From assembly GCA_965205975.1 (NCBI GenBank), contig OZ242195.1, positions 1,728,001 through 1,792,000 on the forward strand: DNA of 64,000 nt, in the 5' to 3' direction. The notes under the pieces were generated by a model. It was not told the origin of the DNA. It worked only from the letters and a program-made list of their open reading frames with translations, and ran no database searches. A program made the position numbers and the translations under genes. The DNA comes from Candidatus Latescibacterota bacterium (GTDB lineage Bacteria; Latescibacterota; UBA2968). Below are positions 28,659 to 37,782 of the stretch, piece after piece (the stretch's first letter is position 1; every line of letters starts with the position of its first letter).

Positions 28659-29082
28659 GAATTATGGCCTCATCTTGTTCTAACTGACTCAGAAACATCT
28701 GCGGTGTCATAATCTGAATACCGCGAAACGGATGAAGAACAAGCAGATCATTGTCTCCACTGATAAGGTGTGTAGCCCCACCACTAACAGCCAATTCCAG
28801 AAATTTGTTATCCTTCGGATCTCGACATTCGAGTAAGACCTCTGTCACCCGAATCCATTCAGCTTTTCCGATCAGTGCCGCGAGAAATTCTAAACGCTGG
28901 ACTTCCTTTACATATCTTTCAAATCGCTGGCGGCGCAGTACTTCATTGAGTTCGTCAACAGTTGCCTCGGAAATTAATACTTTTCCCTCATCTTGAGCAC
29001 GATCAAAAGCTCGCCGTGGAACAGAATGGGGCAAAAGCACAGCACTGACGATTACGCTCGTATCGAAAACGGCCCGTATCAC
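28651..29082 (-). CDS. PIN-family toxin
   Basis: VFDTSVIVSA...CRDPKDNKFLELA...SGDNDLL. Confidence 0.88.
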   Translation of the reverse strand: MIRAVFDTSVIVSAVLLPHSVPRRAFDRAQDEGKVLISEATVDELNEVLRRQRFERYVKEVQRLEFLAALIGKAEWIRVTEVLLECRDPKDNKFLELAVSGGATHLISGDNDLLVLHPFRGIQIMTPQMFLSQLEQDEAIIHV

Positions 29083-29297
29083 ACATCCTCCAATAAAGAT
29101 GCTAGATGTTCCGGAGTCAATCCACGAGCCTGCGCCTGTTGTCCGATTTCATCCATCACAGCTTTCAAAGATCGCCGAGGACTGAGCGTGAGGTCCTGGA
29201 GGCAAAGGCGCAAAAGGTATTGCTCTTGAGGTGACATCTCGGCATAAGCTTTTGCGACCTCTTCATCCACCTGAATCGAGATTGTTGCCGTAGCCAT
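29079..29297 (-). CDS. Putative antitoxin
   Basis: ISIQVDEEVAKAY...AQARGLTPE; overlaps the PIN start. Confidence 0.7.
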   Translation of the reverse strand: MATATISIQVDEEVAKAYAEMSPQEQYLLRLCLQDLTLSPRRSLKAVMDEIGQQAQARGLTPEHLASLLEDV

Positions 29298-29408
29298 ATC
29301 AATGTTCTCCTGAAATCTACCATTTTCAAGAAAGTCATAATTTAGATATATTATACACAACGCGAAATTCTGTCCATCCCGTTCATCCATATCGACGAGG
29401 AGCGAGCA

Positions 29409-29597
29409 TTGAAATCTCCAGCAGAAGAACGTTTGCGAAATCCTCCGCCAGACAGTGCCATTGCGCGAGCACGCGATTTTGGCATAGATCTCACATTGCT
29501 CATTGAACGATTGCAACTGACACCAGAAGAACGCGTGTTGCGCCTGCAACGCGAGATGTTAGCCTTTGACCAAATACGCGGTATAGTTAAAAAATAG
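29409..29597 (+). CDS. Small nucleotidyltransferase-associated protein
   Basis: GAGGAG RBS + TTG; GIDLTLLIERLQLTPEERV motif, upstream of an NTase. Confidence 0.6.
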   Translation: MKSPAEERLRNPPPDSAIARARDFGIDLTLLIERLQLTPEERVLRLQREMLAFDQIRGIVKK

Positions 29598-29609
29598 GCA
29601 TAAAAGCGC

Positions 29610-30101
29610 ATGGTTAATCTAAAAAAACTTATCACTTGCCTTAAAAATAATCAGGTCGAATTTGTGATAATTGGAGGCGTAGCTGCTACTGTTCATGGTT
29701 CGGCTTATGTGACTTATGACCTCGATATTTGTTATAGCCGTGATATGCAGAATTTAGCGCGAATGGCAAAAGCACTTGCGCCATACCATCCCAGACCGAG
29801 AGATATGCCGGATGATCTGCCATTTTTTTGGGATGAAAGAACGCTACACCGCGGTTTGAATTTTACACTCAAAACAGACCTGGGTGATATAGACCTGCTG
29901 GGCGAAGTCGCGGGTATCGGCATCTTTGAACAGGTATTAGCCTCATCTATTTTAGTTCAACTTTTCGGAGTGGAATGCGCGGTACTCTCCCTCGAAGCAT
30001 TGATCAAAGCCAAACGCGCTGCTGATCGCCCCAAGGATCATCTGATTTTGCCAGAACTGGAAGCTTTACTCGAAGCCAATAACGATGCTGCCCCTCATTG
30101 A
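29610..30101 (+). CDS. Nucleotidyltransferase-fold protein (TA-associated)
   Basis: IIGGVAATVHG...TYDLD...DID...LIKAKRAADRPKD. Confidence 0.8.
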   Translation: MVNLKKLITCLKNNQVEFVIIGGVAATVHGSAYVTYDLDICYSRDMQNLARMAKALAPYHPRPRDMPDDLPFFWDERTLHRGLNFTLKTDLGDIDLLGEVAGIGIFEQVLASSILVQLFGVECAVLSLEALIKAKRAADRPKDHLILPELEALLEANNDAAPH

Positions 30102-30322
30102 GCAGGCGTCAATATCCGCTCAAGTCACATTGGACAGCTTTGCGCTGGCGGCATCGAAGGTCTCGGCAGTAGGTTACTGAGCCATGGTATTGATTAACGC
30201 CTGGTAGATGTTGGCCTGGGTTTCCCGCCCGTCATCCAGCCCGTTGCCGTTCAAGTCGATGAATACATACTCCGACTTCTTCCTTCCCAGATTGTATTCT
30301 TTCTTTAATCATAGTGCATCTC

Positions 30323-31132
30323 CTATTTCAACTCTTCCATAACCCTGCGGGTGATTTCCGCGATAAGATCATCCTGGGAAGTTTGGGCAGAAGCTGTGCC
30401 ACCAGCGCTCAACGTGCGAATCGTGGGAATGCCACCATTGGTCTCAGGTTGCGTTGTGGGTGTATCGGGGATATCGCACGCTGGATCGGGACCGCGAAGG
30501 CCCATGCGGTTGCGAATAGCGACCAGTTTATCCACCTGTTCCGCATTGAGTTCGTTATAACCGCCGAGTTGTTGTGCCACAAAAAGTATTTTCGCAAAAT
30601 GCTCCAGTGTTTCCATCTTGTAATAGGCATTCATCACATCGGCGCCAATCGTAGTCGCACCGTGATTTTCAAGCAAATAGGCGTCGTAATCTTTGACATA
30701 TTGCTTGATCGGTTCAGATATCTCTGGTCCCCCCGGCGTACCGTATTCCACAATGGGTATAGCACCCAGCGTGATAACCACCTCGGGCAAAACACACATG
30801 GTAAGGGGAACGCCAGCCACCGCAAAACCCGTAGCAGTTGGCGGATGTGCGTGTACCACAGCGCGCACATCGGGGCGCTCGCGATAGAGAAAAATGTGCA
30901 TACCAATTTCTGACGAAGGCCGCTTTTGCCCACTCACGAGCGTGCCGTCCATGTCAGTAATACAGAGATCTTCGACCTTGAGAAATCCCTTGGACATGCC
31001 TGTAGGCGTAGTGAGAATGCGGTCTTCTTCAATTCGGCATGAAATATTGCCATCGTTAGAAGCGACAAAGCCGCGTTCGTACACGCGACGCCCGGCTTCA
31101 ACAATATCGAGTTTGGCCTGATGGAGATTCAT
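30323..31132 (-). CDS. Class II aldolase (fuculose/rhamnulose-1-P aldolase type) with C-terminal encapsulation peptide
   Basis: DGNIS, PSSEIGMH, VVHAHP, LENHG; tail QDDLIAEITRRVMEELK. Confidence 0.9.
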   Translation of the reverse strand: MNLHQAKLDIVEAGRRVYERGFVASNDGNISCRIEEDRILTTPTGMSKGFLKVEDLCITDMDGTLVSGQKRPSSEIGMHIFLYRERPDVRAVVHAHPPTATGFAVAGVPLTMCVLPEVVITLGAIPIVEYGTPGGPEISEPIKQYVKDYDAYLLENHGATTIGADVMNAYYKMETLEHFAKILFVAQQLGGYNELNAEQVDKLVAIRNRMGLRGPDPACDIPDTPTTQPETNGGIPTIRTLSAGGTASAQTSQDDLIAEITRRVMEELK

Positions 31133-31140
31133 TTTCTGTC

Positions 31141-31413
31141 TCACTCCTTGATATCAATATCGTCAACAACACCGACGATAACGGAACGCACCGCAGGCAA
31201 TTCCACGTTGAGAACGAGACCTGCTGCGACGCCCTGACGGATCACGAGGACAATTTCACCGCGCCCCACGCCTGTGGCATCAACTGCGAGTGCTGATGCG
31301 CCGTCATCTTTACCATTGGGCGTAATGGGCTGCACGACCATGAGTTTAGCGCTGTTGTAATCGCTGTGTTTAATAGTCGATGTGACGCTACCGAGTACGC
31401 GAGCCAGGAACAT
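31141..31413 (-). CDS. BMC vertex protein (BMC-P, EutN/CcmL)
   Basis: MFLARVLGSVTSTIK...AVD..GVGRGE.VL...IVGVVD. Confidence 0.9.
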   Translation of the reverse strand: MFLARVLGSVTSTIKHSDYNSAKLMVVQPITPNGKDDGASALAVDATGVGRGEIVLVIRQGVAAGLVLNVELPAVRSVIVGVVDDIDIKE

Positions 31414-31481
31414 ATAGAATTTGGGATTTGGGATTTAGCTGCTTTCTCCCCTTCTTCTATGGGGAGCCGGAGGGTAGGGCC

Positions 31482-31745
31482 TCATACATCAACCTGATCT
31501 ACAATGCCGACAACTGCCGCGTCAACCGGGCCGTATTTATCGGGCAGGGCGTTGGGAGCTTCTCGTGAACCGACCCAGTAGATGGTCTCGCCATCGCTGG
31601 CATTGACCACATCAATTGCGACAAAAGCATCTCCTGCTTTTTTGTGCTCGTGATCAATCGGTTCAACGACAAGCAGTCTAAAACCTTTGAGCGAGGCATC
31701 TTTGCGCGTCGCCCAAATTTTGCCAATGACACGGCCGAGGAACAT
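31482..31745 (-). CDS. BMC vertex protein (BMC-P, EutN/CcmL)
   Basis: MFLGRVIGKIWATRK...PVDAAVVGIVD. Confidence 0.9.
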   Translation of the reverse strand: MFLGRVIGKIWATRKDASLKGFRLLVVEPIDHEHKKAGDAFVAIDVVNASDGETIYWVGSREAPNALPDKYGPVDAAVVGIVDQVDV

Positions 31746-31768
31746 TTTTACCTCGCGAGATGCGGGAC

Positions 31769-33205
31769 CTATACAATTCTGAAGTAGTCTATTAAGGCAC
31801 AGCGGCGCTGGCGGGTAAATGTGCGGGCAGACGTGCAACCTTCGCCGGTAGGTGTAGCAATAGAGAAAGACGTATAGCCTTCGCCACCTGCGCCCAATCC
31901 CGCAGATGAAGCACCGTTTTTCACAAAAATCGTACATTTACATCGGCGAGCCATAACCGTCATATTCTCGACATTCTTAGAGTGCATGACCGCTGTGTGG
32001 CGATACCCCTGTTCGGCTCGAATAGCCCAGTCAATTGCCCTGTGTACATCGGGTGTGCGAACAATGGGGACAAACGGCATCATCTGCTCGTGTTGAACAA
32101 AATCGTGCTCATTCTCAACCTCGCCAATTAAAAGTTCTGTATCGGGCGAAATATTGAGGCCAATTTGAGCAGCAAGCACATGCGCGCTGCGACCGACGAG
32201 ATCGCGACTGAGCATCCAATCGCCCTTTTCATCGCGAGGAAAAGCGATTTTGGTCAGCGCATCAATTTGAGATCGGTCGAGTTCCACACAATTATTTGCC
32301 TTCAGATGACGCATCAGATCATCGACCACGGATTGAACAGCAAAAACTTCCTTTTCACCAATACACAGAATATTATTGTCAAAACCGCCACCTTCAATAA
32401 TGCTGATAGCGGCCTTTTCGATATCGGCGGTCTCATCCACCACCACAGGTGGATTACCAGGACCGGCCGCGATCACGCGCTTGGGCGCTTGCATGGCTGC
32501 CTTGACAACACCGCCCCCACCGGTGACGAGAACGAGATCGATGCCGGGATGCACAAAAAGGCTCTGCGCCGTTTCTATGGAAGGTTCCCGCACAGCAACG
32601 AGCAAATTTGGTGGCCCGCCCGCACCAGCAATGGCGCGATTGAGCATTTGAAGACCTAGAGCCGAAACATTTTTTGCGCTCGGATGGGGCGCAAACACCG
32701 CACTATTGCCCGCAGCGATAAAGCTAATTGCATTGTTGACCATCGTGGGGACCGGGTGCGTGGATGGCGTGACCGCTGCTATCACACCAAAAGGTGCCAT
32801 TTCAACAACCGTCAAACCATTGTCGCCCGTCCACGCCGTGGGCTGCAAATCTTCAACGCCAGGCGTGTGCTGTGCAACAACCTCGAATTTGCGAATTTTG
32901 TGCGGCACCTTGCCCATGCCGGTTTCTTCAACGGTTTTTTGCGCGATACCCTTTGAATGCGCCATAGATTCGCGGCGGATCGCAGAAATAAGCCCGCGGC
33001 GCTGCTCCAGGCTCATCGCTTCGAGGGCACGCTGGGCTTCTGAAGCCGCGGCAATAGCTTCTTCCAGATCTTCAAAAAGACCATCGTCGCCTTTGTCTTC
33101 ATAGCGAGCTGGCGGTGCAATAACCGCAGGAGCTTCGCGCTCAGCCACAAGGCGACGCACAACCTGCTCAACCACCGATTGGATTTGGATTTCGTCTAAG
33201 TTCAT
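31769..33205 (-). CDS. CoA-acylating aldehyde dehydrogenase (EutE/PduP type) with N-terminal encapsulation peptide
   Basis: PFGVI..TPST.P, TGG..VV, AGPGNPP, FDNNILCIGEKE, EQMMP, TPTGEG. Confidence 0.92.
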   Translation of the reverse strand: MNLDEIQIQSVVEQVVRRLVAEREAPAVIAPPARYEDKGDDGLFEDLEEAIAAASEAQRALEAMSLEQRRGLISAIRRESMAHSKGIAQKTVEETGMGKVPHKIRKFEVVAQHTPGVEDLQPTAWTGDNGLTVVEMAPFGVIAAVTPSTHPVPTMVNNAISFIAAGNSAVFAPHPSAKNVSALGLQMLNRAIAGAGGPPNLLVAVREPSIETAQSLFVHPGIDLVLVTGGGGVVKAAMQAPKRVIAAGPGNPPVVVDETADIEKAAISIIEGGGFDNNILCIGEKEVFAVQSVVDDLMRHLKANNCVELDRSQIDALTKIAFPRDEKGDWMLSRDLVGRSAHVLAAQIGLNISPDTELLIGEVENEHDFVQHEQMMPFVPIVRTPDVHRAIDWAIRAEQGYRHTAVMHSKNVENMTVMARRCKCTIFVKNGASSAGLGAGGEGYTSFSIATPTGEGCTSARTFTRQRRCALIDYFRIV

Positions 33206-33222
33206 ATCTCACTTCACACTTC

Positions 33223-33513
33223 TCACTTCTGATAAACCGCTTCACCATCGATTTCTGCCGTGTCGATAATAGCAACGATCACAGCATCGACAGGACGATT
33301 TTCAGTCACACTTGTCAGGCGAGCGGAACTCCCACTACAACAGAGCACGACTTCGCCATCGCCTGCACCAACAGCATCTACGGCGACCAAAAAATTTTCT
33401 TTAAGTTCGAATGCGGGCAAATCGAACGTTTGGACGATCTGGAGCTTAAAACCCGCCAGGCCGCTGTCTTTTTGGGTGGCAACCACCGTTCCCACCACCT
33501 TGCCGAGGGTCAT
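33223..33513 (-). CDS. BMC vertex protein (BMC-P, EutN/CcmL)
   Basis: GKVVGTVVATQK...VAVDAVGAG.GE...GSSAR...PVDAVIVAIID. Confidence 0.92.
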   Translation of the reverse strand: MTLGKVVGTVVATQKDSGLAGFKLQIVQTFDLPAFELKENFLVAVDAVGAGDGEVVLCCSGSSARLTSVTENRPVDAVIVAIIDTAEIDGEAVYQK

Positions 33514-33516
33514 AGT

Positions 33517-33801
33517 TTAGTCGTTTGAAGAGCCGATAGGCAGAATATTTTCAAGGCTACCATGTGGTCGCGGAATGACGTGTACGGAAACGAGTTCGCC
33601 AATTTTGCCAGCAGCAGCAGCACCGGCTTCCGTTGCGGCTTTGACCGCTGCCACATCGCCGCGAACAATAGCAGTGACATATCCCGCGCCAATGCGTTCC
33701 CAATTGACAAATTGGACATTGGCGGCTTTGACCATTGCATCTGCCGCTTCAATCATCGCTACGAGACCTTTGGTCTCAATCATACCGAGGGCTTCACCCA
33801 T
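33517..33801 (-). CDS. BMC hexamer shell protein (BMC-H)
   Basis: [35 protein letters not shown]. Confidence 0.95.
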   Translation of the reverse strand: MGEALGMIETKGLVAMIEAADAMVKAANVQFVNWERIGAGYVTAIVRGDVAAVKAATEAGAAAAGKIGELVSVHVIPRPHGSLENILPIGSSND

Positions 33802-33825
33802 GTTGCTATTCCTCCTGAAAAATGA

Positions 33826-34098
33826 TCATTGGGTACTAAAAATAACTGCTTCTACTTGTGGATCGAGACTTGGGATAACGTGAGCGGAAATGAGATCTCC
33901 AACGCGCTCGGCAGCTTCTGTTCCCGCTTCGATAGCTGCGCGAACCGCCCCCACATCGCCGCGCACCAGTGTAGTGGTATATCCCGCACCGATTTTTTCG
34001 TACTTTTCAATCGTGACCAGGGCTGTCTTGACCATCGCATCGGCAGCTTCTGTTGTGCCAATAACGCCGAGTGTTTCAATCATACCAAGTGCGGTCAT
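33826..34098 (-). CDS. BMC hexamer shell protein (BMC-H)
   Basis: ALGMIET.G..AADAMVKTA..RGDVGAV..HVIP. Confidence 0.93.
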   Translation of the reverse strand: MTALGMIETLGVIGTTEAADAMVKTALVTIEKYEKIGAGYTTTLVRGDVGAVRAAIEAGTEAAERVGDLISAHVIPSLDPQVEAVIFSTQ

Positions 34099-34109
34099 TA
34101 AGCCCCTTC

Positions 34110-34817
34110 TTATCTTATCATAAATGCCGTATCACCGCAGACGAGATCGGCTGCGTTGGCATCGTCGGTATCCAGATGGAGTTCGGGCAAATAGCTTTCG
34201 TCTATTTTGAGGCGCACATTGTCATATACAACGCCTTTTTCGCCTCCCACGCGCACCCTGACAGATTCCCGTCCTTGAAAGCCATAATCTATTACATCAG
34301 ATGGACGCAGGTGAATATGGCGCGCCGCGCGAATGGCTGCGTTGACCGTGACCGACCCTCTGGGACCGATAAAAGTAACAGGTGGCGCATCTCTCAGGTC
34401 TCCAGAATCCCTCACAGGAGGATCAACGCCGATATAGATGGCATCTGTTCGGGCGAGTTCAACCTGATTATAGTCGCGACTGGGACCGAGAATCCGCACG
34501 CGCTCGATCGCACGCAGCCGGGGACCAACAACGGAAATGACTTCCTCGGCGGCAAAAGCACCCGGTTGGTAAAGCTCGCGATAAGGCGTTAAGGTATGAC
34601 CTGCACCAAAAAGGATCTCCAAGGTTTCGTCATCAACATGCGCATGCCGAGCAGATACACCTACGGAAACGGGAATATCTTTGCTGTCTCCACCGCGTAT
34701 CTGACGTACGACTTCTCGTGCAATGCGGTCAATCGCATCGCTTTCCCCACTGTTTTGCCCGAAAGAACAAAGACCGCAGTCATCGCATGCAGAGGCATTT
34801 TTTCGCATTGGAAGCAT
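34110..34817 (-). CDS. pduL: Phosphate propanoyltransferase (PduL-type phosphotransacylase)
   Basis: GVSARHAH, QPGAFAA, VRILGP.R..QVE, RHIH, ELHLDTDDANA. Confidence 0.92.
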   Translation of the reverse strand: MLPMRKNASACDDCGLCSFGQNSGESDAIDRIAREVVRQIRGGDSKDIPVSVGVSARHAHVDDETLEILFGAGHTLTPYRELYQPGAFAAEEVISVVGPRLRAIERVRILGPSRDYNQVELARTDAIYIGVDPPVRDSGDLRDAPPVTFIGPRGSVTVNAAIRAARHIHLRPSDVIDYGFQGRESVRVRVGGEKGVVYDNVRLKIDESYLPELHLDTDDANAADLVCGDTAFMIR

Positions 34818-34857
34818 TGTCTAAAGTTTTGTATCAGGTGCTGTTTACAAGAGGCGA

Positions 34858-34886
34858 AAAATAGCCCATGACTGCTGTAAAGTCAA
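34858..34886 (-). promoter_or_regulatory. Possible sigma70 promoter of the BMC operon
   Basis: TTGACT-17 nt-TATTTT on the minus strand. Confidence 0.4.
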
Positions 34887-34976
34887 GAGCTAAACACGCC
34901 GTAAAAAGCGCCATGCTTGACAAGTATCGCGCTTTGAACCAAATTCAGAGAGATTGTTTTATTTTTTCTAACCATC

Positions 34977-36596
34977 ATGAGAAATATACACTTGCTACTC
35001 AGATTGCTCAGGTGCATCCTGCTGTTTTTCTGTATAGTCAGTCCAGTAATCAGCGAAGATGCCTCACCCGATATCCCGCTGCGACATCCCGTGTATTCCC
35101 TGTTAGATCGCCTGAATGCGCGAGGTTGGATTGCCGCGCCCGATACGCGGCCCTTGACCCGGATACAAGTTGCACAGATACTCTCCGCCGTATCAAATCA
35201 ATCTATGTCGGCAACCGAGCGCGACCTCACCGACCGATATATCGCAGAACTGGAAAATCTCGCGGCTTTTACACGCGAACCCCGCTGGACCTGGCGCGAT
35301 TCTGCGACATCCATCATCATCGAACCGCTGGTGCGGCAACAGGTGATTGCACGCAGGGGCGATGGATTTGTGAACGAGACCGCGTCTCAAACCCATATCG
35401 GCGGTTCTGTGCGCGGGCGATTCCACACATTGGGATTTTATACCCGCCACTTTGAGGCCCGCGAATGGAGCAACCAACCGCGTCTTCGCCGAGAAGATGT
35501 GCTGGCTCACCCCATTGAAGACGTACAACTCAAGGACAAAAAGGCAGATTTTCGCGAAAGTATATTTCAACTGGCCTGGGCAAATTCATGGATGCGTATA
35601 GATGCGGGTAAAGGAAGCCTCAGTTGGGGGCCTGGGCGCACGGGGAATTTATTGATCTCCAACAATGCGCCTTCTTATGGCCTGTTTCGATTGCAGGCAT
35701 CTCGCGGCCGACTGCGCTATACCCATATCGCTTCATCACTGCGCGCCCGCCCGGGATTAATCGACACAACGCGACGGTGGATCGACAATGGGCATGTGCG
35801 TATTTTTTTGCGACAAAAGCGACTGGCCGCGCACCGACTGGAGATTGCGTTCTCAAAAGTGCGAATTGGGTTGCACGAAGCCGTGGTATATGGTGACCGG
35901 GGATTTGAGCTGCTCTACGTTCTGCCGGTGGCCGTATTTGCCGGAACTCAAAATCACCTGGGAAATCGCGACAATCTCGTAATAGGAGCCGATATATCGG
36001 CTCGCATCCGGACGGGACTGACGTTTTACGGCGCGTGGTTTTTCGACGATATGGTCAAATTTGATCCCGATGCATTTTCCAACCAGTTTGCCTTTCAAGT
36101 GGGTGCGTTCTGGGTTGATCCGATGGGCTTGCGAGATACTGATGTGCGCGCCGAATACGTGCGCGTGGAGCCTTATGTGTACGCGCACAATTTTGACATC
36201 AATACGTATGAACACTACGACACCCTGCTGGGCTATCCAACCGGACCAAATGCAGACCGATATTTTGCGCAAGTGACACACCGCTTTTCATCGAGCTTGA
36301 ATGTGTCTTTAACTTTTGCAAAAGAGCGGCAAGGTGAAAATCCAGTAAATCCAGATGGAACAATTGTCAATGTGGGAGGCAATGCACAACTGGGACGTCG
36401 GTTACAGGATGCCCCCACGCGAGACTTTATGTCGGGCGATGTGGAGACATACCAAAAAATAGGTGGCCGCGTGGAATTTACACCCGTGACAAATTGGATT
36501 TTACAGATACAGTATCAACACCATCGTATTATAACCCCGCAAAATAGAACAACGGGGCATGAGTGGACAGCGACAATGGATGTAAACTTCTATTGA
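34977..36596 (+). CDS. Capsule assembly Wzi-like outer membrane protein
   Basis: Signal peptide; WGPG...L.SNNAP, HRLE, LGYPTGPN; terminal aromatic residue. Confidence 0.7.
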   Translation: MRNIHLLLRLLRCILLFFCIVSPVISEDASPDIPLRHPVYSLLDRLNARGWIAAPDTRPLTRIQVAQILSAVSNQSMSATERDLTDRYIAELENLAAFTREPRWTWRDSATSIIIEPLVRQQVIARRGDGFVNETASQTHIGGSVRGRFHTLGFYTRHFEAREWSNQPRLRREDVLAHPIEDVQLKDKKADFRESIFQLAWANSWMRIDAGKGSLSWGPGRTGNLLISNNAPSYGLFRLQASRGRLRYTHIASSLRARPGLIDTTRRWIDNGHVRIFLRQKRLAAHRLEIAFSKVRIGLHEAVVYGDRGFELLYVLPVAVFAGTQNHLGNRDNLVIGADISARIRTGLTFYGAWFFDDMVKFDPDAFSNQFAFQVGAFWVDPMGLRDTDVRAEYVRVEPYVYAHNFDINTYEHYDTLLGYPTGPNADRYFAQVTHRFSSSLNVSLTFAKERQGENPVNPDGTIVNVGGNAQLGRRLQDAPTRDFMSGDVETYQKIGGRVEFTPVTNWILQIQYQHHRIITPQNRTTGHEWTATMDVNFY

Positions 36597-36609
36597 TCGG
36601 AAAAGAGAA

Positions 36610-37776
36610 ATGAGTCATCGCCAGTGCCTGTGGGGCCTTCTCGCATTCGCATTGTTATTGCGCGTAGGCTTTGGGTTGACGCAATCCGATTTGACCAATG
36701 CATCTGATGAGGTACACTGGGATCGCCTCGGGCAGGCTTATGTCGCCTTGGGGATTTTGCACCCCGATACTGGAATGTACCGCCCCCCATTATACGGCTT
36801 ATTTCTGGCGGGCATGTATCGTACATTTGGTCATAATCTCGTCCTGGTGCGGATTGTCCAGGCCATCATGGGCACAATCACATGCTATCTCATCTATGTT
36901 CTGGGCTGTAAAATGGGCAAGGTTGCAGTCGGTTTGTTCGCTGCGGGTTTGTTCGCTATTTATCCGTTATTTGTATTTTTTTCTGGCGTATTGATGGCCG
37001 AAACCCTTCTGATTTTGCTGACGACTATTAGCTTTGTGTCTTGTATTCAATTTTGGCAAAAGAGCACCTTCACAATGGCGATGGTATTTGGCGGGATTGT
37101 GGGGCTGTCCGCACTTTGCAAGCCCATTTTATTGCCCTGGCTGCCTCTTATTTTCTTTTTTTGGTGGCGAAAATCGAGCCTGACACCTGTACAAAAAACA
37201 GCGCGTGTACTAACTGTAATCGGCGTACTTTGCCTGATTATTTTGCCGTGGACAGCGCGCAATCATATCATCTCGGGCGAATTCGTTCCCATCTCGACAA
37301 ATTTGGGAATCAACTTGCTGGTGGGGGCACATCCCGAGGGACACGGTGTTTACGACAATCGCATCGATTATCTGGCACTTTATCACACACTGGCCGACAC
37401 ATCTCAGGGCGCAACAGCCGACCGCCGCGTCGCAGGCATTGTGCTGAAGTGGATAATCGCACAACCACTGCACTATCTGAGTTTGAGCATTGACAAATTG
37501 CTCTATTTTTGGTGCTCCTGGGTTCCGGGAGAACCGCCATTGTACAATGCAATTGCCGTGATTTCCTGTACCCCCCTCCTGATACTGGGACTTGCCAGCA
37601 CATTTATCCAACGCCACAGGCCCGAAGGTCTGGTGCTTATTCTACTGATAATTTGCATGTCACTATTGCACATGGTATTCTTTGCTCACACACGCTTTCG
37701 GCTACCTATTGATGCGGTTTTGTGCGCGCCTGCTGCGTGGATATGCGTACAGTGGATTAATGGGACGGAACGGTAA
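36610..37776 (+). CDS. GT-C fold glycosyltransferase (ArnT/PMT-like, GT39/GT83)
   Basis: DE motif, RPPLY, multi-TM, PWTARN, RFRLP. Confidence 0.75.
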   Translation: MSHRQCLWGLLAFALLLRVGFGLTQSDLTNASDEVHWDRLGQAYVALGILHPDTGMYRPPLYGLFLAGMYRTFGHNLVLVRIVQAIMGTITCYLIYVLGCKMGKVAVGLFAAGLFAIYPLFVFFSGVLMAETLLILLTTISFVSCIQFWQKSTFTMAMVFGGIVGLSALCKPILLPWLPLIFFFWWRKSSLTPVQKTARVLTVIGVLCLIILPWTARNHIISGEFVPISTNLGINLLVGAHPEGHGVYDNRIDYLALYHTLADTSQGATADRRVAGIVLKWIIAQPLHYLSLSIDKLLYFWCSWVPGEPPLYNAIAVISCTPLLILGLASTFIQRHRPEGLVLILLIICMSLLHMVFFAHTRFRLPIDAVLCAPAAWICVQWINGTER

Positions 37777-37782
37777 TTGTAA

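Noticed and set aside
29298..29549. N-terminal extension of the 156-aa minus ORF
   Set aside because: RBS (CAGGAG) supports the start at 29297; the extension overlaps the divergent small gene
30323..34817. Ethanolamine/propanediol (Eut/Pdu) or carboxysome locus
   Set aside because: No EutBC, PduCDE, glycyl-radical enzyme or Rubisco; the signature enzyme is a class II aldolase
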